64,000 nt of DNA from a virus. Its lineage: Duplodnaviria > Caudoviricetes. Where the stretch lies: positions 24,120 through 88,119 of IMG/VR virus record IMGVR_UViG_2933088407_000001; one strand, written 5' to 3'. The notes under the pieces are model-generated. The model was not told the origin of the DNA and searched no databases. It was given only the letters and a program-made list of their open reading frames with translations. A program made the position numbers and the translations under genes. Within the stretch, counting starts at the first letter, position 1, and each line of letters opens with the position of its first letter. Of this stretch, positions 46,315 through 56,120 are shown piece by piece.

Positions 46315-47478
46315 ATGGTCACGGTCGAGCAGTGGACGGGCCGTGAGGCCGTGCTGCTCCAGTCCGTGATGCGGCTGTCGAATCGTGACTTCGCCCGCGT
46401 GCTGGGTGTCTCGTTCGGCACGGTCATGAAGTGGCGGCGGCAGGGCGCCGAGCTGGTGCCGCTGCCGGCCACGCAGCAGATCCTCGACTCCGCGCTCCGC
46501 GATCGGTGCACCGACGAGGAGCGGGAGGCGTTCTACGCCCGCCTCTCCCCGACCGTCCCGGCTCAGAGCGCGGCTCCCGCCGCCTCAGGGGCCCTTCCGG
46601 CGCCGTGCGTGGTTGTCAGTCACAAGTTCCTGCCCGTATACGTCGGCGAACGCCTGGCGGCCGCGTTCGGGGCTGGCCAGGACCAGCGGCCGGGGCCGGG
46701 CGGCCTCGAGCAGCGGACGCTGAGCGTCGAGCACCGCACGGCCGAGGCCGCGACGGTGCACTCCTACGCATGCGGAGTTGCCGTCGTGCACCTCGAGGAG
46801 CACCACCGCCTCGAGACGCTGACCGACCTCGCGGTGTGGCGGTACCGGTCGTACCTCACCGACCGGGCCTGGGCCGGCCGCCAACTCGCAACGCTCCTGC
46901 CCGGCCACGGCCCTGGCGCCTGCGAGCCGCACTACGTCCTGTCCGCCTATGAACTGCGCGACCACGCCTGGGACGACACCGGCCGCGAGACAGCGCTCCA
47001 GCTGCTCACCACCCCGTCCGTCCTCGTCAACCGCGAAGACCCCGACAACGTCGTCCCACTCGCCTCCGGCACCGAGGCGGAGAGGTTCACCGCGGGCTGG
47101 CAGCACCCCGAAGCCATCCCCTTCAGCGGCGGCGCCTCCAGCTCCCTCGGCTTCGCCGGCTGGTCCGGCGTCGCCTACCACCCCCACGCCGAGGAAAGCG
47201 CACTGACGATGGCCGACATCGTCGCCCTGGAGCTGGACGCCCAAGCTCTCTGGGCCCTGTCCTCCCACATCCTCGCCATGGTCGAAGCCGGACAGGATCC
47301 GGTCATGCCGGGGGACTTCGGGTGGCGCTACCTACGGGGCGCGTACTCTCGATTGACGGCGGCGAGACCAGTCGAAACCGCCCAGCACCGCGCCATGCGC
47401 GAGGCGATCCTGGCAACGTCGGAGCTGCCCTACCGGCTTCGATCAGCGCAGGACGCCTTGCGTGACAGCAGCCCCTGA
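46315..47478 (+). CDS. XRE-type HTH protein with large uncharacterised C-terminal domain
   Basis: WTGREAVLLQ..RLSNRDFARVLGVSFGTVMKW HTH. Confidence 0.75.
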   Translation: MVTVEQWTGREAVLLQSVMRLSNRDFARVLGVSFGTVMKWRRQGAELVPLPATQQILDSALRDRCTDEEREAFYARLSPTVPAQSAAPAASGALPAPCVVVSHKFLPVYVGERLAAAFGAGQDQRPGPGGLEQRTLSVEHRTAEAATVHSYACGVAVVHLEEHHRLETLTDLAVWRYRSYLTDRAWAGRQLATLLPGHGPGACEPHYVLSAYELRDHAWDDTGRETALQLLTTPSVLVNREDPDNVVPLASGTEAERFTAGWQHPEAIPFSGGASSSLGFAGWSGVAYHPHAEESALTMADIVALELDAQALWALSSHILAMVEAGQDPVMPGDFGWRYLRGAYSRLTAARPVETAQHRAMREAILATSELPYRLRSAQDALRDSSP

Positions 47479-47501
47479 CCGGACGACGGAAGGCGAAGCG
47501 A

Positions 47502-48065
47502 GTGGATCCCCGAACGACGGCGCTCATCGTGGTGGACGTCCAAAACGGCTTCGTCAACGACCGCAGCCAGCACGCCGTCCCTGTCGTACAGCGCCTCGTC
47601 GACTCCTGGACCAAGGCCGGCGCCCCCTTGGTCTTCGCCCGCTTCTACAACGCCCCAGACTCGCCGTACGAGCGATTCACCGGCTGGACCCGGCTCCGCA
47701 GCGCCGAGGAGCAGAGCATCGTCGCCGACCTCGCCCCGTACCTCCCGTCCGCGGCCGCGGTCATCGACAAGCCCACCTCCAGCGCCCTCACCGCCGACTG
47801 CCTCCAGCTCATCCAGCGGTCCGGCTGGACGGATCTGGTGATCTGCGGCATCGACACCGACTCCTGCGTCTACGACACCGCGGTCTCCGCCTACCACGCC
47901 GGCTACCGCCCTTGGCTCGTCACCGACGCCTGCGCCTCCACCGGCGGAAACGCCTACCACGAAGCCGCGCTGCTCCTCGCCGGCCGCAACCTCGGCCGGA
48001 AGCAGCTCGTCACCACCAATGAAGTGCTGTGCCGACTGACAGCCGCCACGGTGGAGGCGGCATGA
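47502..48065 (+). CDS. isochorismatase-family cysteine hydrolase
   Basis: ALIVVDVQNGF (D), IDKPTSSA (K), GIDTDSCVYDTA (C), LVTDACAS. Confidence 0.9.
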   Translation: MDPRTTALIVVDVQNGFVNDRSQHAVPVVQRLVDSWTKAGAPLVFARFYNAPDSPYERFTGWTRLRSAEEQSIVADLAPYLPSAAAVIDKPTSSALTADCLQLIQRSGWTDLVICGIDTDSCVYDTAVSAYHAGYRPWLVTDACASTGGNAYHEAALLLAGRNLGRKQLVTTNEVLCRLTAATVEAA

Positions 48066-49039
48066 ACGACCTCATCGTCATCGGCGCCGGCCCCGCCGGA
48101 TGCGCGGCCGCGGTAATGGCCGCCAGCCTCGGCCAGCACGTCACCGTGGTCGAAACCGACAAGGTCGGCGGCAAGCTCCACCAGATCAGCGCCCTGGAGA
48201 ACGTCCCCGGCGCCTGGGCCACCGGGCCGGCACTCGCGCAGGCCCTCGCCGCGGACCTCGCCCGGATCCAGCACTCCGGGCGCTGCACGCTGATCGAGGG
48301 CCGGGCGATCAGCGTCGCCGGGCATGACGACCGGGCCGAAGCTGTCCTCAAGGACGGGCAGGTGCTTGCCGCGGCCGCGGTCATCGTCGCCACAGGCGTT
48401 GCCGCCGTCACCCCCGCCACAGCCGACTGGATAGCTGCGCCCGACGGCCTGGACCTGCCGCCTCTGTGGCGTGCCCGGCCGGAGGAACTGCGGGGCCGCA
48501 CCTACGTCCTTGGCGGCGACCGTCCTCTCGGGACGTGGCTGCGGTCGCACCCTGGCGTCACTCGTCGGCTGCACGTCCTGTACCCGGCGGCTGATCACTA
48601 CAAGACCGACGAAGTGCGCGGCGACGACCGTGTCCGGCTGAGTCTCGCCGACCGGGTCACGGTGGCGCGGGAGCGGTACGGCGACGGCTACGAGGTGGTT
48701 GTCGAGGGACCGGAGGGGCGCCGCACGTTCGCCGTGGACACGTTGGTGAGCAACCTCGGGAGCCTTCCCGCAGCTCTCGACGGGCTCGTCCAAGATCCGG
48801 TTGGCTACTGCCCTCCGACCGAGCAACATCCGCGCATCTTGACCGCTGGTGACCTGAGGTCGGGTCGGTTTCAGCGGATCGTCACTGCTCAGGGGTCCGG
48901 CGCGGAAGCTGCTCTCGAGCGTTACTACGCAGCGAAGGCACCTGCGGCGAATCTGGCCTCGCGGGCAGTACGGGCCTCGGCGGTGGACGTGAGCCGCGAT
49001 CTGATCGCGATGGTCGAGGCCGGGAAGGCTGACGAGTAG
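48062..49039 (+). CDS. FAD-dependent oxidoreductase (thioredoxin reductase-like fold)
   Basis: DLIVIGAGPAG, IVATG, ILTAGD..IVTAQGSGAEAA. No CxxC. Confidence 0.85.
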   Translation: MNDLIVIGAGPAGCAAAVMAASLGQHVTVVETDKVGGKLHQISALENVPGAWATGPALAQALAADLARIQHSGRCTLIEGRAISVAGHDDRAEAVLKDGQVLAAAAVIVATGVAAVTPATADWIAAPDGLDLPPLWRARPEELRGRTYVLGGDRPLGTWLRSHPGVTRRLHVLYPAADHYKTDEVRGDDRVRLSLADRVTVARERYGDGYEVVVEGPEGRRTFAVDTLVSNLGSLPAALDGLVQDPVGYCPPTEQHPRILTAGDLRSGRFQRIVTAQGSGAEAALERYYAAKAPAANLASRAVRASAVDVSRDLIAMVEAGKADE

Positions 49040-49231
49040 CCCAGGACCGGGAAAACTCTCCGAGCTTTCTGTTGCGATCACAACAGAGGGAACGCTAGGT
49101 TGTGGGGCGTGGACACCCCGGCCGCTGCCGCTAACAGCGACCAGAGTGTCGCACAACCACAAACCCCCGTCTCCACATGGGTCGTAGGGCCAGGGCAACT
49201 GTGCCCGACGACACCCGCCTGGAGGCAGATC

Positions 49232-49414
49232 ATGACCAGCCAAAACCCGACCGCCATCAGCCACCCCAACACCCCCGCACCGTGGGGCCCCTACAGCCTG
49301 CTCCTCCTCGCCCTCGCCGCACTCCCAGTCGAACAACTTCAGCACCTGGAGCTGGTACTCCGCACCGCGGAGGCCATCGGCGGCCTCATCTGCATGCGGC
49401 TCGGCGTGCGATAG
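49232..49414 (+). CDS. small hydrophobic hypothetical protein
   Basis: GGAGG RBS before the ATG at 49232. Confidence 0.5.
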   Translation: MTSQNPTAISHPNTPAPWGPYSLLLLALAALPVEQLQHLELVLRTAEAIGGLICMRLGVR

Positions 49415-49562
49415 GCCGTCAAACGAGTGCGGCGCGGCCGGCGTCCGTGGCCTCCACCAGTTCCGGGCGCTCGCCGTTCGCTGTGCGCTAACCCCCGGCC
49501 CCCGCCAAGCCGCCCCGCAATACTGGCCGCACCGAACCCCGCCGACCACCACAAAGGACCGC

Positions 49563-50117
49563 ATGAGCACTGAACCCAGCACCGAAAGCACCTTCGAACA
49601 CCAACTGGGCAAGCAGATCATGGACGCCTCCCAACAGGTCAACGATCAGCAGGGCCTGCTCGACTACCTGGAAATGGTCAGCTCCGCCTCGTCCGCGCTG
49701 CACTACGGGCTGCTCAATGCCACTTGGCGCGGACAGCTATGCACTGACACTCCCCCCACGGACCGACCAGCTACGTTGAAGGTGCTGGACCAGTTGACCC
49801 GAGCTGAAGGCGTTTCGCACCCAGGGGAGGCAACCTTCCGTCGTTGTCTGCACGGCACCATGACGGCAGCCAAGGTTGTTGCAGACCTCGCAAGCACGGC
49901 CTGGTCGGCCGGGCTGACCGAGGTGACCCGCGAGAAGGTCGACGAGGCGCACGCAGAGCGCGCAAAGCAGAACCGCGAAGAGACCCTTGAGCTCTTCCAA
50001 GGGGTGATGCGCGCAGTGAAGGCCACAGTTCCTGACCATCTGCTGGGCGAGGTCGAGGCCGCGGTGCGCAAGCAGATCGAAGAGGTTAAGCAGAAGAAGG
50101 CGACGCCCGCCCCGTAA
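49563..50117 (+). CDS. hypothetical protein
   Basis: AAGGA RBS; followed by a hairpin. Confidence 0.7.
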   Translation: MSTEPSTESTFEHQLGKQIMDASQQVNDQQGLLDYLEMVSSASSALHYGLLNATWRGQLCTDTPPTDRPATLKVLDQLTRAEGVSHPGEATFRRCLHGTMTAAKVVADLASTAWSAGLTEVTREKVDEAHAERAKQNREETLELFQGVMRAVKATVPDHLLGEVEAAVRKQIEEVKQKKATPAP

Positions 50118-50137
50118 CTGTCCCGAAGGAATAAACC

Positions 50138-50165
50138 AGCGCCCCTGGCTTCGGCTGGGGGCTCT
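50138..50165 (+). terminator. terminator-like hairpin (related copy at about 51477-51504)
   Basis: AGCGCCCCTGGCTTCGGCTGGGGGCTCT versus AGCGCCCCTGGCTTCAGCCGGGGGCGTT. Confidence 0.6.
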
Positions 50166-50211
50166 GGCGTGTCCGCCCCCTCGGCGCCGTCGGCCCCGGC
50201 AGGATTGCCCC

Positions 50212-50559
50212 GTGCCACTTCCCCACACCCTCACCGAGGCCGAGCGCGATCCGGCCGTCAAGGCAGTCCTCGACGCGCTGAGCGACAGCGAAATGCGCGA
50301 GATCATCGTCGAGGCTGCCGCCCGAGCCCTCAACAACGGCAACACGACCCTCACCCCGAAGGAAGCCGCGAAGGCGCTGGGCTGCGGCGAACGGTTTCTC
50401 CTCGACGGCTGCAACAAGTACGGCTTCCCGTACATCGGCTTGGGAAAGGCAAAGCGGTTTGGGCCGCAGGAGCTGCGGGCGATCCAGGACATGTGCCGGG
50501 TGCCAGCGCAACCGTCCCGTCTCGCGAAAGCTCGCTCCGCCGCTCGCCGTAAGAAGTGA
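50212..50559 (+). CDS. excisionase-like HTH protein
   Basis: LTPKEAAKALGCGERFL...KRFGPQEL. Confidence 0.75.
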   Translation: MPLPHTLTEAERDPAVKAVLDALSDSEMREIIVEAAARALNNGNTTLTPKEAAKALGCGERFLLDGCNKYGFPYIGLGKAKRFGPQELRAIQDMCRVPAQPSRLAKARSAARRKK

Positions 50560-50587
50560 TGGAGCCGTGCCGCGAACAGACTCAACG

Positions 50588-50860
50588 ATGAGCCGGACTC
50601 CCCCACCCGGCCTCCTCTGGATCGAAGACACCGAAGCCGGGCCTGGCATCGCCTCCCGTCTCGGCATCACCCCAGGCACCTACCGGAAATGGCGAATGGC
50701 CGGGAAGGGACCGCGCGCCTTCGTTCTCGGCAAGAGGGTCGTGGCGCGGGTGGAATCCGTGGACGCCTACATCGCGGAACTAGAGTGCCGAGCGTTGCTC
50801 CCAAGTGCCGAGAGACGCCCGCCCGAGCCGAGACGGCCACGGCGAAAGGCGCATCCGTGA
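50588..50860 (+). CDS. AlpA/excisionase-like HTH protein
   Basis: IASRLGITPGTYRKWRMAGKGP..VLGKRV...VDAYI. Confidence 0.75.
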   Translation: MSRTPPPGLLWIEDTEAGPGIASRLGITPGTYRKWRMAGKGPRAFVLGKRVVARVESVDAYIAELECRALLPSAERRPPEPRRPRRKAHP

Positions 50861-51225
50861 CGACACCGGCCAGCCGACCACGCCGCCACCGAGGCGGACG
50901 GTCGACCCGCTCACCTCTGTAGGTCGCGCGTCACCTTCAGGCTTCGAAGACCCGTAACCCTCTCAAGGCCCACGCCCCCTGGCAGTCGCCCAGGGGGCGT
51001 TCGCATGCCCGCACACATTGGGCGGCCGTGACACCGACGTCCTAGATGAAGAGCACCGGCCCCACCCCGCCCCCGGGCGTCGAAGCCCGCGACTTGCGGG
51101 GCTAGGCAACCGACTCCCTAGAACCAATCGGAGACCGGCCAGCGCCCTGTGCCTCCCGTCTCGCCTCACCTGCGCCGCCCCGCCCTGGGGCCGCGTAGCC
51201 CTGCCCACACACCACGGAGACCGCC

Positions 51226-51468
51226 ATGCCCGAAACCCAGCCACCCGTCCTCCCCGGCTACTACAGCGCCGACCGCAGCGTCCTGTGGGTCCGGTGCACG
51301 CACTGCCGAACCTGGACCGGCCACCCCCACCCCGGCGTCCGCGCAGGCCGCGTCATCGGCCTGCGGTGCGGCCGGCAGCACTGCCCGCGACGGACCGACG
51401 GATACCTCGTCGGCGTCAGCACGGTGCCTCTGCCCGAAGCGATCCGGTGCTGGGGAAAGCTGGCCTGA
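51226..51468 (+). CDS. small Zn-ribbon protein
   Basis: CTHC..H.H..C...C..GY; GGAG RBS. Confidence 0.6.
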   Translation: MPETQPPVLPGYYSADRSVLWVRCTHCRTWTGHPHPGVRAGRVIGLRCGRQHCPRRTDGYLVGVSTVPLPEAIRCWGKLA

Positions 51469-51529
51469 CGCTGCTGAGCGCCCCTGGCTTCAGCCGGGGG
51501 CGTTGCCGCGCCGGGCGTACCGTGGAGGT

Positions 51530-51901
51530 ATGGCCGGGCAGGCGCCGCGGTGCGCGTACATCCTCTGCTCCGAGCCGCTGCCGGCAGGAGCCCGCAGCGA
51601 CAAGCAGTACTGCTGCCCCGCCCACAAAGCCGCCGCGCGCCGCTGGCGCCACCACTACGCCGAGGCCGTCGAGATCGGCATCGCCTTCATCCATGGCCTG
51701 GACGACGAGCACATAGCGTGCTGCCCGGTGTGCGGAAGACGGTTTGCGTTGGGCCACGGACACCGCCAGGACGCGGTGTACTGCGGACATGCGTGTCGCC
51801 AGGCCGCGTACCGAGCCCGGCGCAGGGCCGGCCAGCGGGTACGCGTAGCCGTCACGGATTCCCCCAGCGTGACGGATCCGGGTACGGCTACGAGCCGCTG
51901 A
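51530..51901 (+). CDS. double zinc-finger (CGNR-like) protein
   Basis: CAYILC..YCCPAH and CPVCG..YCGHACRQAAYRARR. Confidence 0.7.
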   Translation: MAGQAPRCAYILCSEPLPAGARSDKQYCCPAHKAAARRWRHHYAEAVEIGIAFIHGLDDEHIACCPVCGRRFALGHGHRQDAVYCGHACRQAAYRARRRAGQRVRVAVTDSPSVTDPGTATSR

Positions 51902-51979
51902 CCTGCACTTACGCGGCACCATCGTGGGCCCGCGCGGGAAAGGTATTCACCGAGGTATTCCCTGACGCATACTGGGGTT

Positions 51980-52225
51980 ATGGCTGACACCACCGTGAAG
52001 ATCGACACAGAGACCCGGGACCGATTCGCGGCCATCGCCGCCGCCCGCGGCCAAAGCGTCCGCGCCTACCTCGCCGAGCTCGCCATAGACGAAGAGAACC
52101 AGATCGCCCTCGGCAGAGCGACCGCCGCGTTCCGGGAAGCCATCGCGCAGCCCGGCATCGCCGAAGCCTTCGACGCCGAGTTCGGCGGCCTACCCACGCC
52201 CACCTCCGCGCACCGGGCGGCCTGA
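51980..52225 (+). CDS. RHH antitoxin
   Basis: TTVKIDTETRDRFAAIAAARGQSVRAYL ribbon-helix-helix; directly upstream of the Doc-like gene. Confidence 0.8.
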   Translation: MADTTVKIDTETRDRFAAIAAARGQSVRAYLAELAIDEENQIALGRATAAFREAIAQPGIAEAFDAEFGGLPTPTSAHRAA

Positions 52226-52227
52226 CC

Positions 52228-52620
52228 TTGCACCTCCACATCGACATCCGCTGGCTCCTCGACCGCCAAGAAGAACTCCTCGGCAAAGACCTCGGCGTCC
52301 TCGACTACTCCGCGCTCGTCGCCGCCGTCGCCCGGCACCGCGTAAACACCCCACAGTTGGAGCTGGGTGAACCCGACGCCTACTGGCGGGCGGCCGCACT
52401 CCTGGAGCAGATCGTGCTGCTGCGCCCCCTGCCGGCCCGCAACGAGTACTTCGGATACGGCGTCGCGGTCGCCTACATCCGCGCCTCCGGCGAAACCGTG
52501 GATGCCACCATCGAGCCCTGGTTCGACCTCATCAGGGACATCCGCGCGCTACGAGTGACCGTCTACGACGTCGCCGACCGGCTGCGGTCCATGAGGACTG
52601 GCCAGGGGGATGCACCATGA
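52228..52620 (+). CDS. Doc/Fic-family toxin with degenerate motif
   Basis: VLDYSALVAAVARH..AAALLEQIVLLRPLPARN Fido fold. Confidence 0.75.
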   Translation: MHLHIDIRWLLDRQEELLGKDLGVLDYSALVAAVARHRVNTPQLELGEPDAYWRAAALLEQIVLLRPLPARNEYFGYGVAVAYIRASGETVDATIEPWFDLIRDIRALRVTVYDVADRLRSMRTGQGDAP

Positions 52621-52690
52621 CCGACGATGCCCGCTGTGCCACAGCCACAACGGCAGGAGTGGCTGACACACCGCGGCCGAAACGGCGCCC

Positions 52691-53023
52691 TTGCCGCTCC
52701 CCGCGCCCGGCCCCACCGTGTCGTTCACGACTGGACGACCTTTGGGGGACCCGTTGGCCGGCACCACGACACCCGCACCCCGCCCACGTGCACTCGCCGA
52801 GACCGTCCGCCGATGGCAGGGCCGGGCGCTCCTCGCCTGGGCGCGCATCCTGCAACGCACAGTGGCCGGGGACCGGCTGCGGCAGCAGCACGTCGCCCGC
52901 CGTAACCGCGCCATCCGCGCCGCGGCCGCCCGTGGCGTCACCAAGACCGCTCTCGCCCGCGCCACCGGCCTGAGCGAGGCGACCATCGGGCAGGCCCTGA
53001 AGGGTGAGCCGACCGCCGACTAG
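52691..53023 (+). CDS. HTH protein (start uncertain)
   Basis: RNRAIRAAAARGVTKTALARATGLSEATIGQAL. Confidence 0.55.
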   Translation: MPLPAPGPTVSFTTGRPLGDPLAGTTTPAPRPRALAETVRRWQGRALLAWARILQRTVAGDRLRQQHVARRNRAIRAAAARGVTKTALARATGLSEATIGQALKGEPTAD

Positions 53024-53681
53024 GTGTTCGGGGGTGGTTGGCGGCCCGTTGCCCTTCGGGGTGGCGGGCCGCTTCGTGCTTTGAGCTGGGGATTTGCAGG
53101 GCGTGCAAATGAGGTTTGCGGCCGTGGCGCTGCCGGAGCCGTTCGGCCTCGAGCTGGACACCAGCAGCCTCTGACCCCCGCACGGCGGGCGAGGCCTGGC
53201 GCGTGCCGGTGGTCCTGACTTTCCAACCCTCAATACATTGACGGGGCACCGGCGGCCCCTGACCCGGCGGGCGGTGGCAATTACGTTGTGCCGAGGGGCA
53301 CGTGTTCAGCACCACTTCGTGGATTCATCATCGGTACGCCGCTCGCCTTGTTCGCCTCGTGCAGAGCACGCGTTGTGACGTCGCTCACAAAAGCGCGAGA
53401 GGGAGCTTCAAGGTCAAGGGCTCAACCTGGCTCCCTCAGAGCAACATTCGCGGAATCGTGAAACCGGCCGACGCGACCAGTCATCCACAACTAGGCCCGA
53501 GACAAAAGGTGTTCGCCCTGCGGGTCGGTAGGATCGGGGCAACGCCGCCTCACCGCGACGCCGCAACGCAGAAGAGAGCCCTCTCGACTAATGGCCTAGG
53601 AACCGGGTCGAGAACGGGCTCTCCATGCGATGCGCCACTCCACGAGGTCCGCAAGGACCCCAACATTTCTTGGAGTACACC

Positions 53682-53921
53682 GTGAAACCCGAAGGTACCA
53701 CCCCGCCCGGGGAGGGCAACGGCAACCGCCGCGCCCGCTACTACCAGCGACTGCGCCGCGCCCTGCAGTGGCGCCGGCGCCCGACGCGGCAGAACCTCCC
53801 GACGTGGCAACGGCGCCCTCTGTGGCAGGAACCCCTCCGTGGCGCCCTGTACACGGCCGGCGGCAGCGCCATCACCCTGCTGACCCCCTGGATCCAGCAC
53901 TGGCTCCAGAGCCGTATGTGA
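53682..53921 (+). CDS. small hypothetical protein
   Basis: GGAG RBS before GTG; hydrophobic C-terminus. Confidence 0.45.
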   Translation: MKPEGTTPPGEGNGNRRARYYQRLRRALQWRRRPTRQNLPTWQRRPLWQEPLRGALYTAGGSAITLLTPWIQHWLQSRM

Positions 53922-54321
53922 CCCAGGCCTGAGCGCGCTGCACCCCGGGCGGGAGCTCGTCCGGGGTGCAGCGCGTCACCGGCAGCCCGCGCACCGGCAA
54001 GGCCACCCTGGCGCTCACCATCACCGGCGGCACCCGACCAGCCGCGGCCGTGCGCATGTTCGGCCCGTCTGCATCTACCCGGCCCGCGGCCAGCTCGCCA
54101 AGATGACGCCATGCCCGATGCCCACTGCTCAAAGTGCTGCCCCATCAAGCCACCCAAACCCGAGGTGCCCGCCCCGTGGCCGGCCAGCGCCCTGGTGTGG
54201 CTGGCGATCCTCTGCACCGTCGGGACGGGCCTGTACGCGCTCGTGATGTGGGCGGCGTCGAGCCTGTTCTGAGTCGAGCATTCAAGCGCCGAGCCAGGCC
54301 CAACTCCGGCAGGATGCTGGC

Positions 54322-54678
54322 ATGGCCGACAACGACGCCCCCGCCCAGTTCCCCCAAGCCGCCGCGGACGCCCTGCGCGCCTTCAACCACGCCACCCTCA
54401 GCAAACGCGACGGCTGGGAACAGCCCGGCGATGCCTACACCACGATCGGCAGCCTCACCGAACTGGCCGCGCGCCTGCCCCAAGCAATCGGGCAGACCCA
54501 CCGCCTCGTACGCGACCTGGAAGAGTCCGGGCACCTACGCAGCGACAAGGGCACGCTCGACCAGGACTTGGCCTACGCGTACGACGGTCTGCGTGAAGCG
54601 CGGGATCTCGCCGAGCGGCTGGGGGCTGCCCTTTCTCGCGCACACAGCGGACTCGGTCCCATCGGCCACCAGGACTGA
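54322..54678 (+). CDS. helical hypothetical protein, paralogue of 55584-55943
   Basis: RAFNHAT...LPQAIGQ...LEE pattern. Confidence 0.7.
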   Translation: MADNDAPAQFPQAAADALRAFNHATLSKRDGWEQPGDAYTTIGSLTELAARLPQAIGQTHRLVRDLEESGHLRSDKGTLDQDLAYAYDGLREARDLAERLGAALSRAHSGLGPIGHQD

Positions 54679-54741
54679 CGCTCCGCTGGGAGACCACCGG
54701 ACAGGGGCAACACCCCGGCAGATCCGAGCCAGCATGGACGG

Positions 54742-55479
54742 ATGCCCACTCTCTCCACGCACCTCTCCCCCGCCCACGCCGCCGGCCTCCCCCTCCAGCG
54801 CACCACCACCCCGCGGACGGCGACCACCGGCACCGGCGCGGGCGGCCTCGTCGCCAACGGCCCGGTGTTCGCCGGCACGGGCTGGCGCATCACCACCCAG
54901 TGCCGCGTCTACTGCCTCAGCCCGTCGCAGCAGTACACGATCACGTTCCCCACGCAGGCCCTCAAGGACCGCTACACCCCGTACCTCACCGCCGCCGTCG
55001 CGCAGCTCGTCACCGCCGGCGTCAACCTGGCCATCGGCGGCGTGGAGACCCCCGACTACTCCACCGTGCCGCCCCTCGGGCACATCCAGTACGGCGAGGC
55101 GTACCGGCCCGTCGGAACCGCGGGATACAGCCAAGGCCTCCCCTGCTACAACACCGCCACCAACGCGGTCTGGGGCGGCTACGTCCTGATCGACACCGAG
55201 TACTGGGACGGCACCTGGACCATCACCACCATCAAGCTCAAGAACACGCTGGTCCACGAACTCCTGCACACGCTGGGCCTGGACCACTGCAACAGCGACA
55301 TGAACAACGACGGCGCCATCGCCTCCTACGAGACGGTCAAGGACACCACCGGCGTCAGCCCGATCATGACCAGCCCCAACGGGGGCTACCAGGACTCCCG
55401 GGCCGGCACCCTCACCCCGTACGACCTGAACGGCATCAAGCAGTTGCTGGCCAACGCCACCGCCCTCGGCGTCAGCTGA
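54742..55479 (+). CDS. metzincin-type zinc metalloprotease
   Basis: HELLHTLGLDH (HExxHxxGxxH), Met-turn PIM, LTPYDLNGIKQL. Confidence 0.85.
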   Translation: MPTLSTHLSPAHAAGLPLQRTTTPRTATTGTGAGGLVANGPVFAGTGWRITTQCRVYCLSPSQQYTITFPTQALKDRYTPYLTAAVAQLVTAGVNLAIGGVETPDYSTVPPLGHIQYGEAYRPVGTAGYSQGLPCYNTATNAVWGGYVLIDTEYWDGTWTITTIKLKNTLVHELLHTLGLDHCNSDMNNDGAIASYETVKDTTGVSPIMTSPNGGYQDSRAGTLTPYDLNGIKQLLANATALGVS

Positions 55480-55528
55480 ATCCCGCCCGAACCCGAGCCC
55501 CGGCCCGGCGCCCCGCACCCAGGTCCGC

Positions 55529-55550
55529 TGTCAGTGGCCGCTGCGATACT
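55529..55550 (+). promoter_or_regulatory. RecA-NDp-like (DNA-damage) promoter candidate
   Basis: TGTCAGTG-N8-GATACT, upstream of the gene at 55584. Confidence 0.45.
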
Positions 55551-55583
55551 TCGGACAAACACCCCGAACCGGAGGACAGCGCC

Positions 55584-55943
55584 ATGACCGACGATCCCGC
55601 CGCCCTCGCCTACCAGCTCGCGCAGCAGGTCCACGCACTGAACGCGGCCACGGAGAAGCCTTCCGCGTTCACGGGTACAGCGGACGTGCGGGACGTCGCC
55701 GAAGGCCTGCACCTCGCCGTCGAGCAGCTGCCGCAGGCCTTGGAGCAGCTGTCGGCCGGCATTCGCGCCCTGGAGGAGCAGGCCCTTGAGGGAGACGGTG
55801 CGGGCGGTACGGACGGGGGTGCTTCGGTGCCGCTGCGGGGGCTGCTGAACGCGAGGCAGGCGTTGGTGGTGGCTCGGGGTGAGCTGCGGGGCGTGGTGGA
55901 GGCTCTGGCGGGCGCGTGTGGGCCTGTGGTGGAGGGCGTGTAG
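55584..55943 (+). CDS. helical hypothetical protein, paralogue of 54322-54678
   Basis: GGAGG RBS; HALNAAT...LPQALEQ...LEE. Confidence 0.7.
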   Translation: MTDDPAALAYQLAQQVHALNAATEKPSAFTGTADVRDVAEGLHLAVEQLPQALEQLSAGIRALEEQALEGDGAGGTDGGASVPLRGLLNARQALVVARGELRGVVEALAGACGPVVEGV

Positions 55944-56120
55944 CGCGCCTGGATTGTTCGCGTTGAGCCCCTGCCCGGCGGGTGGGGGCTTTCGTGTACC
56001 CACCCGTGCCTGCATTTCTGTGGCGATCACAACATAAACAAGGTAGAGTCGAGACAAGCAGCAACCGGGCAACACACCACGCCGGACCGCGCAACCATGA
56101 ACCCCTCCCAAGGAGCACCC

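Noticed and set aside
53536-53567. Extra GGGGCAACGCC copy as a late promoter
   Set aside because: No NAnnnT hexamer at the 15-nt spacing.
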